64,000 nucleotides of DNA, taken from Dehalococcoidia bacterium (GTDB lineage: Bacteria > Chloroflexota > Dehalococcoidia > Lucifugimonadales > CAUZJF01). The stretch spans positions 978,554 through 1,042,553 of the forward strand of contig CBDEFX010000002.1 in assembly GCA_965237635.1 (NCBI GenBank), in the 5' to 3' direction. The notes under the pieces were generated by a model. That model did not search any database, had not been told where the DNA came from, and saw nothing but the letters and a program-made list of their open reading frames with translations. A program made the position numbers and the translations under genes. Below, piece by piece: positions 46,621-58,212 of the stretch. The stretch's first letter is position 1. Each line of letters starts with the position of its first letter.

Positions 46621-47550
46621 ATGCCCGAGGCCCTAGCCTTCTTCCGCGGCCGGGTAGTTCCGGTCTCGGAGGCGAAGGTCAGCATACTGACTCACGCCCT
46701 CCATTACGGAACCACCGTGTTCGAGGGCGTTCGTGGCAATTGGAACGAAGAGAAGGGCCAGATATTCGTCTTCCGACTCAGGGAGCACTACGAGCGTCTG
46801 CTCCGGGGATGCCGGATCTTGATGGTCGACATACCTTATGACGTCGACGAGCTTTGCAGGATCACCGTCGACCTTGTCCAGAGCTGTGGTTACACGGAGG
46901 ACATCTATATCCGGCCCATTGCATACAAGAGTGAAGAGAAGGTTGCCAACCTCAAATTGCACGAGTTGGCCAGCGACTTTTCGCTCATGATCGTGCCGTT
47001 GGACTCCTACATCGAGACCGAGGGCGCCATCAGCTGCTGCACCTCTTCCTGGCGCCGGCCGGACGACACAATGATGCCAACCGGCGTCAAGCTAAGCGGC
47101 CTTTACACTACGAGCATCCTGGCCAAGACCGAGGCGGTCACCACCGGCTATGACGAGGCCATCCTTCTCAACCACGACGGGACCGTATCCGAAGGCAGCG
47201 GCGAGAACCTGTTTCTCATCCAGAACGGACGCATCTCCACGCCAAGCGAGACCGACAACTGTCTGCTCGGCATCACCCGCGACTCGGTCATGACGCTGGC
47301 ACGGGAAGAGCTGGGCGCCGATATCGTGGAACGCAGGATACACAGAAGCGAGCTGTACTTGGCGGACGAGATCTTCCTGACCGGGACTGCCGCACACGTT
47401 CACCCGGTAGGTCAAATCGACAAGCGACCGATAGGAGACGGCGACGTAGGGCCCACCACCAGAGCGATAAGCGACATGTATGCCTCAGTGATCAAGGGCA
47501 AAAACCCGAAGTACCTGGACTGGTGCATGGCCGTCTCATTGAAAGGCTAA
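46621..47550 (+). CDS. ilvE: Branched-chain amino acid aminotransferase
   Basis: THALHYGTTVFEGVR, YIRPIAY, AKTEA..GYDEAI, EGSGENLF, GITRDS, EIFLTGTAA; TATAAT at 46585 supports the 46621 start. Confidence 0.95.
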   Translation: MPEALAFFRGRVVPVSEAKVSILTHALHYGTTVFEGVRGNWNEEKGQIFVFRLREHYERLLRGCRILMVDIPYDVDELCRITVDLVQSCGYTEDIYIRPIAYKSEEKVANLKLHELASDFSLMIVPLDSYIETEGAISCCTSSWRRPDDTMMPTGVKLSGLYTTSILAKTEAVTTGYDEAILLNHDGTVSEGSGENLFLIQNGRISTPSETDNCLLGITRDSVMTLAREELGADIVERRIHRSELYLADEIFLTGTAAHVHPVGQIDKRPIGDGDVGPTTRAISDMYASVIKGKNPKYLDWCMAVSLKG

Positions 47551-47568
47551 GAGACCGCCAGACACGCA

Positions 47569-48009
47569 ATGCCTGCATTCGCCATCGACTACTTCTTGTT
47601 CATCTTCGTTGCCAGTCTGGGCGTCATACAGATTGCAGCGTCGATCGGCCAGCTGAACGGTATGCTGATACTCAAATCGCCTATCGTCGCACGGCTACTT
47701 GGCGCCGCTCTAGCTGTAGCTGCGTTCGTCTGGTTCTTCGCCACGGAGGACCGCAACCTGAACGACAACGAGGGGGGACTGGACGCCAACATCCAGGCCG
47801 TCTTGTTCGTCCTGAGTGCATCGGCTGCCGTCTTGGTCACCCTTGGGATATCCTCGGTCTTCAACGCACGCATGAACGGCAGCAAGAGGGCCCCGGGCGA
47901 TGGCCTGGATGCCCTGAAAGACGGCAATTACATCACGGCGTTGTTGCATAGTATTCGGTACTGGCGCAAAGAATGGCGGACGCGGACGAAGCCGTATTTC
48001 TTTGGATAA
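47569..48009 (+). CDS. Hypothetical membrane protein (3 TM)
   Basis: Three hydrophobic segments; conserved-looking NLNDNEGGLDAN loop. Confidence 0.7.
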   Translation: MPAFAIDYFLFIFVASLGVIQIAASIGQLNGMLILKSPIVARLLGAALAVAAFVWFFATEDRNLNDNEGGLDANIQAVLFVLSASAAVLVTLGISSVFNARMNGSKRAPGDGLDALKDGNYITALLHSIRYWRKEWRTRTKPYFFG

Positions 48010-48554
48010 ATGGCTGGGTCGGCAAATTCCCTCTGTTCGACAAGGGCGTGGAGTGGGTCGTCAGCGACTATCTGGTCCCGGTGAGCCTGGCGCTGACTCT
48101 ACTAGGGCTCTGGTTCGTGGGACAGGCCAAAGAGGTCCGCCAGAGGCACCAGATAGGGGTTTTTGTCGCACTCGCCGCTATGGCTATGGCCAGCTGGGCC
48201 GTCATGATCATTAACTCAGTCTATGCGAGGGTAAGGCCTTTCGACGAGCTAGACGTCTCCCTCCTGTTCTACAGGCCGACCGACCCGTCATTCCCGTCCA
48301 ACGGAGCAGCCGTCTCTTTCGCCATTGCCGCCGTGGTGTGGGGCGTCAACCCACGCGTGGGGTTCGCCCTCCTTGTTGTGGCCGGACTCTATGGCTTCGC
48401 CAGAGTCTACGCGGGTGTCCACTACCCATTGGATATTCTGGGAGGGGCTCTGATCGGCTTTGTCGCGGCTATACTTGTATCCCAGATCAGGAAACTGATT
48501 GAGCCCATACCTACCATGGTAATCAAAGCGGCGCGGATCGTCCGTCTGGCATAA
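47973..48554 (+). CDS. PAP2-family phosphatase (undecaprenyl-diphosphatase BcrC-like)
   Basis: RVRPF, DPSFPSNG (usual SxH His appears as Asn), ARVYAGVHYPLDILGG. Confidence 0.88.
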   Translation: MADADEAVFLWINGWVGKFPLFDKGVEWVVSDYLVPVSLALTLLGLWFVGQAKEVRQRHQIGVFVALAAMAMASWAVMIINSVYARVRPFDELDVSLLFYRPTDPSFPSNGAAVSFAIAAVVWGVNPRVGFALLVVAGLYGFARVYAGVHYPLDILGGALIGFVAAILVSQIRKLIEPIPTMVIKAARIVRLA

Positions 48555-48642
48555 CGCAGCGTAGAGACGCCCCGCTGGGGCGTCTCTTTGTGACGAAGGC
48601 GCGCCATCTCATAGTAGCAGTGGCTCGTAGGAGGATGACGAA

Positions 48643-49378
48643 ATGGATGATCTGATGGTCGCAGCAGGAGATATCCACAAGACGTACGACACCGGAACGG
48701 TCCAGGTCCAAGCGCTCAGGGGCGTCGAGCTAAACGTCTCCCGCGGCGAGATGGTCTCTATCATGGGGCCAAGCGGCTGCGGCAAGACAACTCTCCTCAA
48801 CTGCCTTTCCGGCCTCGACGAGATCGACTCAGGCCAGGGTGCTGATCGACGGCGTCGTACTACACGATATGCCGGACGACGAGCGCAGCGACTACCGCGC
48901 CCGCAGAATGGGGTTCGTGTTCCAGCTATACAACCTCCTCCCGGTGCTCACTGCGGTCGAGAACGTGGAGATGCCGCTTCTGGTGTCCGGCGTGGGCGCC
49001 GCAGAATCCCGCAAGAGAGCGATAGAGATGCTCGACCAGGTCGGGCTCGCCGACCGGGCCCACCATGTTCCGGGAGAGCTGTCAGGTGGACAGCGGCAGC
49101 GCGTCACAATCGCCCGGGCCCTGGTGAACGATCCAGCGATCATCTGGGCAGACGAACCTACCGGCGACCTGGATAGCGAGACCGCGGGCGGAATCGTAGA
49201 CCTCATGGTGGAGTTGAACCGCGCCAATGACCAGACGTTCATCCTTGTGACCCACTCTCTGGAAGTAGGGGAGCGTGCCCACCGGATAGTGAATATGCGG
49301 GACGGTCTGATACCCGACGATGGGCTCCAACCGGATACGGTCGAGGAGTCGGCGTCGCCCGGAGAGGCGGCCGAGTAA
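48643..49378 (+). pseudogene. LolD/MacB-type ABC ATPase with a +1 frameshift at 48837-48839
   Basis: GPSGCGKT in the first frame, [16 protein letters not shown] in the second; deleting one G of CAGGGTG restores DSGQVLIDG. Confidence 0.85.
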
Positions 49379-49640
49379 TGGAAAAGCTATTCGGACTGTC
49401 CATGGACATAGTCATGATCGCCTTACTGGCTGTCTTCGCGGCGGCAATGGCCGTGGTCCTGGTGCTCGCGCTCCGAAACCGTGTCATGCTCAAACTCGGC
49501 CTACGACCCATTCCGCGCAGGAAAAGCCAGACGGTGCTGATCATCCTCGGAGTAATGCTCAGCACCGTGATAATGGCGGCCGGGTTCGGCACCGGCGTCA
49601 CGATCACCTACTCCATACGCAACGAAGCGATCGGTAGTGT
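49378..49640 (+). pseudogene. 5' fragment of an FtsX-like ABC permease
   Basis: LRPIPRRKSQTVLIILGVMLSTVIMAAGFGTG is a MacB/FtsX N-terminal TM pattern; ends abruptly after about 87 aa. Confidence 0.75.
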
Positions 49641-49646
49641 CTCAGT

Positions 49647-52600
49647 TTGGTAGTGGTCGCGGCCGTAGCGCCCGTGCTCATATTCGCCTTCATGGCCATT
49701 CTCGACCTCCAGATCGCTCTGATCTTTCTTGGATTCGCTCTCTTTACACTTTTCGTGCCGTCCCTTTTCCATAGGTGGAACTACAGGAGCAACCTCGCGA
49801 GGAGAAATGCCTACGGGGCTCTAGGTGCCGACTTCCTGGATAGCGTTCAGGGCCTGCTTACCCCGAATCCACCGAAGGAGGGCGTCGGATTAGCGTCCTG
49901 AGGCGGCAAGAAGGTGCTCCTGTGCTTCTGGGATAATGGTTTTGTAGCAAAAAAACGGCCCCGGAAAAGGAGCATCCAGTAGATGCTGCCGCGCAACCAC
50001 CCCGACCGGATCCAAATCACCTTCGACGACCGCCGCTTGGTGGCCAATGCCGGGCTGCTCCTTCCGGCCACCCTGGCGCGGCACCTCGGCCTGCCCGAAC
50101 TCGTCCGGCAGCGCCTCGACCTGGGCGATGCCCCGGGGCGGGCGAACACGAGCGACAAGATGATGACGCTGGTGGCGTCTGCGCTGGCTGGGGGGCGACT
50201 GCATTGACGACGCCGATGTGTTGCGCACCGGGGGGACGGCCTGCACCCTGGGCGGCACGGTCAAGGCGCCATCCACCCTGGGCACCTTCCTGCGCAGCTA
50301 AAAGGTGGGGCCACGTCCGTCAACTCGACCGGGTGAGCCGCGAGTTGCTGGCCCGGGCTTGGCAGGCCGGGGCGGGACCCGGCGACGGGCCCCTGACCAT
50401 TGACCTGGACTCCACCATCTGCGAGACCTACGGACTGGCCAAGGAGGGCGCCCGCCACCACGGCTATACCGGCAAGCGGGGCTACCACCCGCTGCCGGCC
50501 ATCGCCGCCGGCACCGGAGACGTGCTGATGTCCCGGCTGCGCGAGGGCCGGGCCAACACCGCCCGCGGCGCCGCCCACTTCCTGCGGGAGACGGTGGGAC
50601 GGGTGCGCTACGCCGGGGCCGACGGACGACTCACGCTACGGGCCGACAGCGGGTTCTACACTCATGGCGTGGTATCCGTCTGCCGCAAGATGGATGTCCG
50701 CTTCTCCATCACCATCCGCCAGCACAAAAGCCTGCACAATCTCATCGAGGCGATACCCGAAGATGCCTGGACGCCGATTCCTTACTGGATGGACGGTGCC
50801 GCCGATGTGGCCGAGACCACCTGCACCCCCTTCCAGGCCGAGGCGGACGCCGCGCCGGTACGGCTCATCGTCCGGCGGGTGAAGCCGACGCCCGGTTCCC
50901 AACTGGCCCTCTTCGCCAAATACAGCTATCATGGCTTCATCACCGACCGGGACGGGGAGTTGCTCGAACTGGAGGCTGACCATCGCCGCCACGCCGAGAT
51001 CGAGAATGCCATACGCGACCTCAAGTACGGCGTCGGGCTGAACCATCTCCCCTCGGGCCGCTTCGCCGCCAACGGCGCCTGGCTGGCCGTCCAGACGATG
51101 GCCCACAACCTGGCCCGCTGGACGGCGCGGATCGGTCTGGGAGAGCGGATAGCCACCACCAAGACCCTCCGGCGGCGGTTCTTCTCCCTGGCCGGACGGC
51201 TCACCCGCTCGGCACGCCGGTTGACCCTGCATCTTCCGGATCGCTGGCCTTGGGCTGAGAAGTTCAGCCGTGCCTTGGCCCGGCTGCGAGCCATTCCACT
51301 CCCGGCCTGACGGCACCGTCGGCGACCGACCCACCCACCGGACAACCGAAGATCCCCGCAGACTCGTGCCAGCCCGGTCCGAGAGAGTTCCCTGCTGCGT
51401 ATTCTCTCGCCATCCCGCGCATCGCAGCTCCCGCAGACGGCCATAGGGGCCCCTGTGCGGCGATGAAGACCGTCCGCCGACCTCCCTACCCCAAATGGAA
51501 CCCAGACTATTTCCCCTGTAGCTCCCTCACCCCCCTTCCGCTTTCCTCACGCCGTCCATCGGTGTCCTTCGGTGGATTCGGGCTTACACTGAAGGCTTTC
51601 GGGCAGAGCAAGCAGAGGGGTGAGCTTCTAGCCAAAAGTGCGAGGCGACTGTATCGAAGCACGATGGGCGTGCTGGCCGTCAACGAGACCAACGGCGCCC
51701 TGACTGTCTTGGGGATCGCCGCAGGCGCTGCCGTCGCGCTGGGCTGGGGGGCCATTCGGGTCAGCGATGGCGACCTCGAGCTGCGCCCACTGCTGATCGT
51801 GTTGATGTTGGGCGTCGAGGTCTTCCGGCCGTTGCGCGAGCTTACGCTCCTCTACCACCAAGGGATGATCGCCATGTCAGCCGCTGAAGGCATCTTCGCG
51901 TTGCTCGACAGCCCCGTAACCATACGGGAGTCCTTCAGACCATCTGGTGATGGCGTCGAGCCGCCAGATTCTGAGAAACCCCTTACACCCGAGATAAGCT
52001 TCCAAGGGGTCAGCTTCGGCTACGACGACGGGCGCCGGCCCGCGCTGCAGGACCTCTCGTTCACGCTTCATGCCGGCGAGACCTTCGGGCTGGTCGGCCA
52101 CAGTGGAGCAGGGAAGTCTACCGTGCTTTGGCTCATGCTCCGTTTCTACGACCCCCGAAACGGACGCATATCCCTCGGTGGTCACGACATCCGGGACCTA
52201 CCTCTGGACATCTTACGCGGGCAGATCGCTGTCGTGACACAGGATACCTACGTTTTCGATGGGACGGTCGCCGAGAACCTGCGGTTCGGCAAGCCCGATG
52301 CGACCCGGCAAGAGCTGGAGGACACGGCCCGGGCGTCTAACGCCCACGCCTTCATCACCGAGCTGCCACAGGGCTATGACACACCAATCGGCGAGCGCGG
52401 TGTCCGTCTGTCCACAGGCCAGCGCCAGCGCATCGCCATAGCGCGCGCTCTGCTGAAGTCTGCCCCGATACTCGTGCTCGACGAGGCGCTGTCCAGCGTC
52501 GATGCCGAGAACGAGGCCGTCATTGAACAGGCTCTTGACCGCTTGATGGCAGGCAGAACGACCTTAATCATCGCGCACCGGCTGTCCAGCGTTGTTAGCG

Positions 52601-54591
52601 CCGACCGGATCATCGTCCTGGAGTCGGGACGCCTCGTCGAGTCCGGCGCACATGCGGAGCTGGTGGCTGCCGGTGGGGCGTACGCGACGCTGATGGCAAA
52701 CCAGCAGACTACGCCGGGCCAGGACCTGATAGTTGCCGCCGGGGAATCGGGTCGGCCCGATCGTCCCTCGCCGCCGGATGAACAAGAGGAGACCGTCGCG
52801 CACCCCCGGGCCGGCATAGACGCGTCCCCGCCGGAAGCGGACCGTTATGGGGGATTCGAGGTTTGGGTCAGGTTGCTGGGGCTCGTGCGGCAGTGGCGCG
52901 GACAACTCGTCCTGTTTTTCGCCCTCGGCATCGCGCAGCACGGGTCCACGATCGGTGTCGGTGCGATAAGCGCCCTGCTCGTCGGTCGGGTCTTCACGGG
53001 TGGGGATATCGGCCCGCTGCTGGCCCTGCTCGCGGTCTTCGTGCCCCTTACGGCCCTGTTTACCTGGGCCGGTTCGTGGCTGTCACACGACCTCGCCTAC
53101 AGGCTGCTGGCCGAGATGCGGGTCGACCTGTATGAAAAGCTCGATCCTCTGGCGCCCGCCTATCTGGTGCGCCGCCGCTCCGGCGACCTGGTAGGCGTCG
53201 TGGGCGGGGACACTGAGACTGTGGAATTCTTCTTCGCCCACACGATCACACCCGCCTTCGTGGCGGTCCTGATGCCCACCGTTGTCCTCGCCGTTCTCGC
53301 ATTCGTCGCATGGCCGTTGGCTCTGGTTCTTGCTCCCTTCCTCGTAGCGGTCGCGGTTAGCCCGTTCTACGGGCAGAGGCGCTCGGTACGTCTCGAGGAG
53401 GAGGTCCGCCGCAGGTTGGGCGACCTGAACGCACACATGGTCGATACCGTCCAGGGGATGCGGGAGGTGCTGTCCTTTGGACAGGGTGCCCCGCGGGCCG
53501 AAGAGGTCGTCGCCCGCGGCTGGAGCTCTGCAGGCTACCACCTGCGGTTCTTGAAAATCCAGGCCGCTCAGGCATCGTTTATCGAGGCGGTGACGGCGTT
53601 TGGAGGCCTAGCTGTTCTGGCGACGGGCGTCTGGCTGGTGCTGGATGGCCGGATGGGAACGACGCAGCTTCCTCTAGCGACGCTGCTGGCCCTCTCCGCC
53701 TTCATCCCTGTCACGGAACTGGCCAGGACCTTGAGGCAGCTGATGGAGACACTCGCCGCAACTAGGCGAATCTTCGTGGTCCACGATGAGCCGGTGACCG
53801 TACGGGATGGCCCAGGCGTGCCTACCAATGACCGGCCTGGTACTTCGAAGGCTGCGCCCTCGCTATCTTTCGAGCACGTGCGCTTCTCCTACGGCCTGGG
53901 GCGACAGCCGGCTCTCCAGGACGTGACGTTCGCGGTCGAAGCCGGCCAGACGGCCGCCCTGGTGGGACGCTCGGGAGCGGGCAAGACGACGACCGCCAAC
54001 CTGCTCATGAGGTTCTGGGACCCGGATGCCGGCAGCATAGCACTCGGGCCGCACGACCTGCGGGATTTCAAGCTGGACGACCTACGAGGCGAGATTGCGC
54101 TCGTGTCGCAGGACACCTTCCTGTTCAACAACAGCATCCGCGAGAACCTGCGCCTGGCCAATCAGGACGCCACGGACGCCGAGATCGAGGAGGCGGCCCG
54201 GCTGGCCAACGCGCACGAGTTCGTCGAGGCGATGCCGGACGGCTACGATACTTTGGTAGGCGAGCGAGGCATACGGCTCTCGGGTGGACAGCGGCAGCGC
54301 ATCTCAATCGCCCGCGCGATGCTCAAGGACGCGCCGGTCTTGATATTGGACGAGGCCACCTCGCACCTGGATGCCGTCAACGAGCAGCAGGTGCGCGAGG
54401 TCTTACGACGCCTCCAGAGAGGACGGACGACGCTGGTGATCGCCCACAGACTCTCGACCGTCCGGGATGCCGACCACATTCTCGTGCTTGACGCCGGCCG
54501 GTTGGCGGAAGAGGGCACGCACCACGAGCTAATCGCACGTGCCGGCCTCTACGCACAACTGGTGCAGACTCAGCTCGTAAGTGCGACCTGA
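49647..54591 (+). pseudogene. Fused TMD-NBD-TMD-NBD ABC exporter (CydDC/MdlAB-like), N-terminally truncated and interrupted by IS1380
   Basis: Removing the IS plus one TTA joins DSVQGLL to TLKAFGQ in frame; two NBDs (GHSGAGKS/LSTGQ and GRSGAGKT/LSGGQ). Confidence 0.88.
49861..51583 (+). mobile_element. IS1380-family element, copy 2 (1723 bp, transposase frameshifted)
   Basis: Near-identical to copy 1; TTA duplicated; G6 run at 50190-50195 and AAAA at 50300-50303 each add one base and split the transposase (49983-51310). Confidence 0.93.
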
Positions 54592-54937
54592 CGACCGGCC
54601 ATGCGGGGCCCCCTGATTTCGTAGAGACGCCCCGCTGGGGCGTCTCCACCGGACACGACAACGAAGGAATTCCCATTACTCTCCCCCCTTGATGGTCGTC
54701 AACCAATTAAGTTGCGACCCACGGCATACTGTCTCCCTGAGTGAAGCGAAGGGTCTGGGGAGATTGGGCGGTCCCCGCCACGCGGTCAACGTGGCGGCGC
54801 CTACGTGCAACGGAACCGCCCCCCAGATCCTTCGTCGCGGACTCCTCAGGATGACATGGCGGGGACCTCACACCGGCGACCAACTATTTTTTTGATGACC
54901 ATTGAAGCGGGAGAGCTTAGGAGATGGGCTCCTCGGG

Positions 54938-56023
54938 CTACAGCGTCTCCAACCTCGGGACCGAGAACTCCGCGGCGATGTCCTGGAACCACTGGACCAC
55001 GTCCTTGTGCAGCGGGACCCCGTTGGCCCGCCGCTCCTGTTCCTCCTCATGCTCGGCAAGACCTGGGTAGAGCACGCGGTCGTGCCCGGGCGCCGGCTTG
55101 GTCGTCCTCAGAGTCTTCAGCGTCCGGTCCATGTTGTCCTTGAAAGCCTCGAGGTCGGTGAACGCGGCGATGTTGTATGCGCAGAAATGGTGTGCCTCGT
55201 TGGGCTCGCCGGTAAGCATGTTGGGCAGCGCGCCCGAGAGAAGCGTAGCCAGTATCTCTGGCATCATTCCGAGTCCGTATCCCTTGTGGGAGCCCTGCTC
55301 TCTGGTCCCGCCCAGCGGTAGTAGCAAGATATTTCCGCGCTCGGGCGCATGAGTTTCCTCGGAGATCGGGCTGCCGTCCTCGTTGGCGGTCCAGTTGGGC
55401 AGCAGTGTCGTGCCGACTCTGGCGGCGAGGGTGCGCTTCTGGCCCGCGATCACGGACGTGGCGGCGTCGAAAAGAAAGGGGGCCTCATTCCGAGCTGGCG
55501 CCGCGATCGCCATCGGGTTTGTCCCGAGCCGGGGCTCCGCACCGAAGGTCGGAAGCACTAATAGCGCGCACGAGGTCATGCAAACCCCGATCATGTCCTC
55601 GCTGGCGGCAAGCATAGCGTGGTGCCCGATCGGACCCGAGTGGCTTGCGTTGCGCATGGTCACCACCGCGACTCCTCCATCCCTGGCCTTATCTATCGCT
55701 ATCCGCATCGCCTTCAACCCTAGGAACGTGACCAGGCCCTTGTCTGCGTCGATAGTAGCCGTGTTCTGGGTCTCCCTCTCGATTCGCCATTCTGGCCGGG
55801 GTTTCATCGAGCCCTTGTTGTAGTTCTCGACATATCGGCTCATCATTGAGACGCCATGGGTCTCAACGCCTCGGAGGTCGGCCGTCACTAGGGTCTCCGC
55901 CGCAACGCCGGCGTCCTCGGGCGCCTCGCCCATCTTCTCGAAGATCGCGGCCACCGTACGACGAAGCGACTGCTCCGGCACGCGAACCTGGTCCTCCAAC
56001 GGCACCTTGAACCTCTCCAGCAT
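54938..56023 (-). CDS. Ldh_2 family oxidoreductase (malate/sulfolactate/ureidoglycolate dehydrogenase-like)
   Basis: ADLRGVETHG, RNASHSG, FGAEPRLGTNP, FDAATS, SHKGYGL, RVLYPG; start at MLERFKVP. Confidence 0.92.
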   Translation of the reverse strand: MLERFKVPLEDQVRVPEQSLRRTVAAIFEKMGEAPEDAGVAAETLVTADLRGVETHGVSMMSRYVENYNKGSMKPRPEWRIERETQNTATIDADKGLVTFLGLKAMRIAIDKARDGGVAVVTMRNASHSGPIGHHAMLAASEDMIGVCMTSCALLVLPTFGAEPRLGTNPMAIAAPARNEAPFLFDAATSVIAGQKRTLAARVGTTLLPNWTANEDGSPISEETHAPERGNILLLPLGGTREQGSHKGYGLGMMPEILATLLSGALPNMLTGEPNEAHHFCAYNIAAFTDLEAFKDNMDRTLKTLRTTKPAPGHDRVLYPGLAEHEEEQERRANGVPLHKDVVQWFQDIAAEFSVPRLETL

Positions 56024-56251
56024 TTCCTTTCTCCTTGAATGCAAATAGCGGTCCACCAGCTCAATAAACCCGTCCACGCTGAGTAGTCCTTCCACCGTGG
56101 ACGGACCTACCGAGGGGCCTGTCGAGCCAGGGCGGGTGAGACCGCGCGGGATAAGGCGAAGGGAATTGTATCACCCTCCCCACGCACGGGCAGCAAACGA
56201 GGTGGGGATGCACAGGGGTTAGCTCGATGAAGGACGGACGCGGTCCCCGGT

Positions 56252-57940
56252 TCAGGGAGTATCGGGGGAATACACCAGAGTGTCGGGGTGGAAGGAGTAC
56301 CAGCCGAACCAGAAAGACATGTGAGTGGGCAGCCGCGCTAGTTTCTGAGAAAGGTCGGCGGTGCTGAGCAGGTAGTCCTCGGTCATCTGCCACGAGACGC
56401 CGTCAGAGTCCACCAGGGTGGTCAGCAGACCACCCCCAGTCGACTCCTCGGCGCTCAGGACAAAGAAACGTCCACGCCGTTCGTAGACCCGCGCAGCCTG
56501 GGATATGGGTGAGGCCACCACAACAACGTCGGTGCCGCCAAGAGAGTCGTTGACAACCCTCTGCTCCTGGAGCGCCTCGACCGGATAGGCCTTGAAGGCA
56601 TCTCCGATATTCAACCCGAGCACCACGTCCTTCGTGTCGAGCGCCGGACTGCGATCGGGGACGGGGAACATAGTGCCGGGGCTGTTGAAGTATTCGTAGT
56701 AGATCGATGTCGGGTTCGACTCCGGCCTATATGAGGTGCTCGGATAGACGCCGGTTTCGATTGACAGTACGGTCGTGTCGGGGTGCTCCTCAGCCCACTC
56801 CCCCCACGTGGTCAGAAGGACAGGGAAAAAGGGGAGCTTGATGCCGCTATCAGACAACGGACCCACCACCGGTTCGCCCGTGAACTGGCGCCATAGGGAG
56901 TTGGTGGTGCGGTCGTACATGACCTTGTTGCTTCGGTACAGCAGGCCTGACGTCCCAAAGGTGGTGGGCTCGTCGTTGATTTTGGCGGAATACACGATTC
57001 CGGTACCGCAGAGCGTTCAATACGCAAGGGCGATGGGCTCGCCTCCGAGAACGTCGTTGGCCATCTCATGAGGGTTCACGATCCGCAGCGGGTATGCTCT
57101 GTGCTCCCCGTTGATCGACACGCCGAACACCCGCTCGTCGGGGCCCAGATAGCCGGCCTCGTCGGCGGGGATGACCGGCGCATTCTGAAGGTCGGGAATG
57201 CCGTCCGGTCGCACCCCACCCCAGGCGATCTCTGTCAGGTCAATGCGTGCCGTCTCTTCGCCCGACTCGAGGAACTCCTCGAAGCGCGGGTCGATAATGT
57301 TAAGCAGATTGATCTTCCACCTCAGATAGCCTTCGGGCGGCCGGAATTCGTCGGGCCGCTGTCCCAGCCACTCCATCCATCTGCTCCATTCGTTGGAGGC
57401 TCCCCGAAAGTCCTGGCCCGTGAGCTCCGTCAACGTCCTCGATGCATTCCTGCGCAACGTTACTCCCCAGAACCGCATGATCTCGACAATCACTCGGACT
57501 TGAGAGGTGTCGTTGTTCGCTCGGACCAGGTCTAACGTCTGTCCTGAGACCTCGATGGGGTGATTTACGCCGGAGAACAGCTCGAACATGACCGCCGAAG
57601 GGTCATATCCTGGAGGGAAGGCCGCTGCTGAGGGGACGGAGCTCGGGGTCGGGCGTATCGCGGTCGGGCCGGGCGCATTGGCGTCCGGTGTAGACGCTGT
57701 AGGCGACGGCGCGCCCGACGTGGGTGGATCAGCCGGCGCAGGAGCCGTCGGCGATGCCGAGGGCGACCCGCCCGCCTCTGTGGTAGGCAGAGGAGCTGCC
57801 GGGGCGCCAACGGCCCGATTCCCGGCAAACGGGGTCGGAGACGTGGCCTCTTCGGAAGCCGGGCTCGCCGGAGCGCCGCACGCGACAAACAGCGCCACTG
57901 CAACCGCGAGGACTCTGCTAGCTTTAAGAACAGCGATCAT
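56252..57940 (-). CDS. DUF3179-domain lipoprotein, predicted selenoprotein (UGA at 57017-57019 read as Sec, U-T-L-C)
   Basis: Two ORFs are in frame across one TGA: EPIALAY-TGA-TLCGTGIVY..FGTSGLLYRSNKVMYDR, aligning to the DUF3179 Y-C-x-L-C-x-T-G motif; lipobox FVAC. Confidence 0.88.
56985..57009 (-). promoter_or_regulatory. Candidate bacterial SECIS element
   Basis: Stem GCGG-TAC-CG-(GAAT)-CG-T-GTA-TT-CCGC begins 8 nt after the UGA; loop G at +17. Folded by eye only. Confidence 0.5.
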
Positions 57941-58212
57941 CTGCAATTCCCCTCTACCAATACTACGCTGCCTGAACGTAGCGCAGTTTCCGATCAATGG
58001 GCAGCCCATCCGGCGTTCACCTCGGATGAAAATGGGCGCTCCGCCTCGTAGAGAGGCCCCGCTGGGGCGTCTCACAGCCCATCGACCGCCGGCGTCCTCA
58101 CACAAATGGCATTCGACAGAGAGACAGTTGAAGCAACCCCGGACCGGCGGCCGACACGGGACACAATCCTGCCAGGGTAGGTGATGGGGCGGTTCGGTTA
58201 AGCGGAAAACCC

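Noticed and set aside
57017-57019. Treating the TGA as a nonsense mutation (pseudogene)
   Set aside because: It falls exactly on the first Cys of a CxxC motif, is followed by a SECIS-like hairpin, and both halves are otherwise intact.
58106-58182. Short plus-strand ORF MAFDRETVEA.. resembling an HNH-protein start
   Set aside because: Only 24 codons, with no downstream Cys/His motifs.
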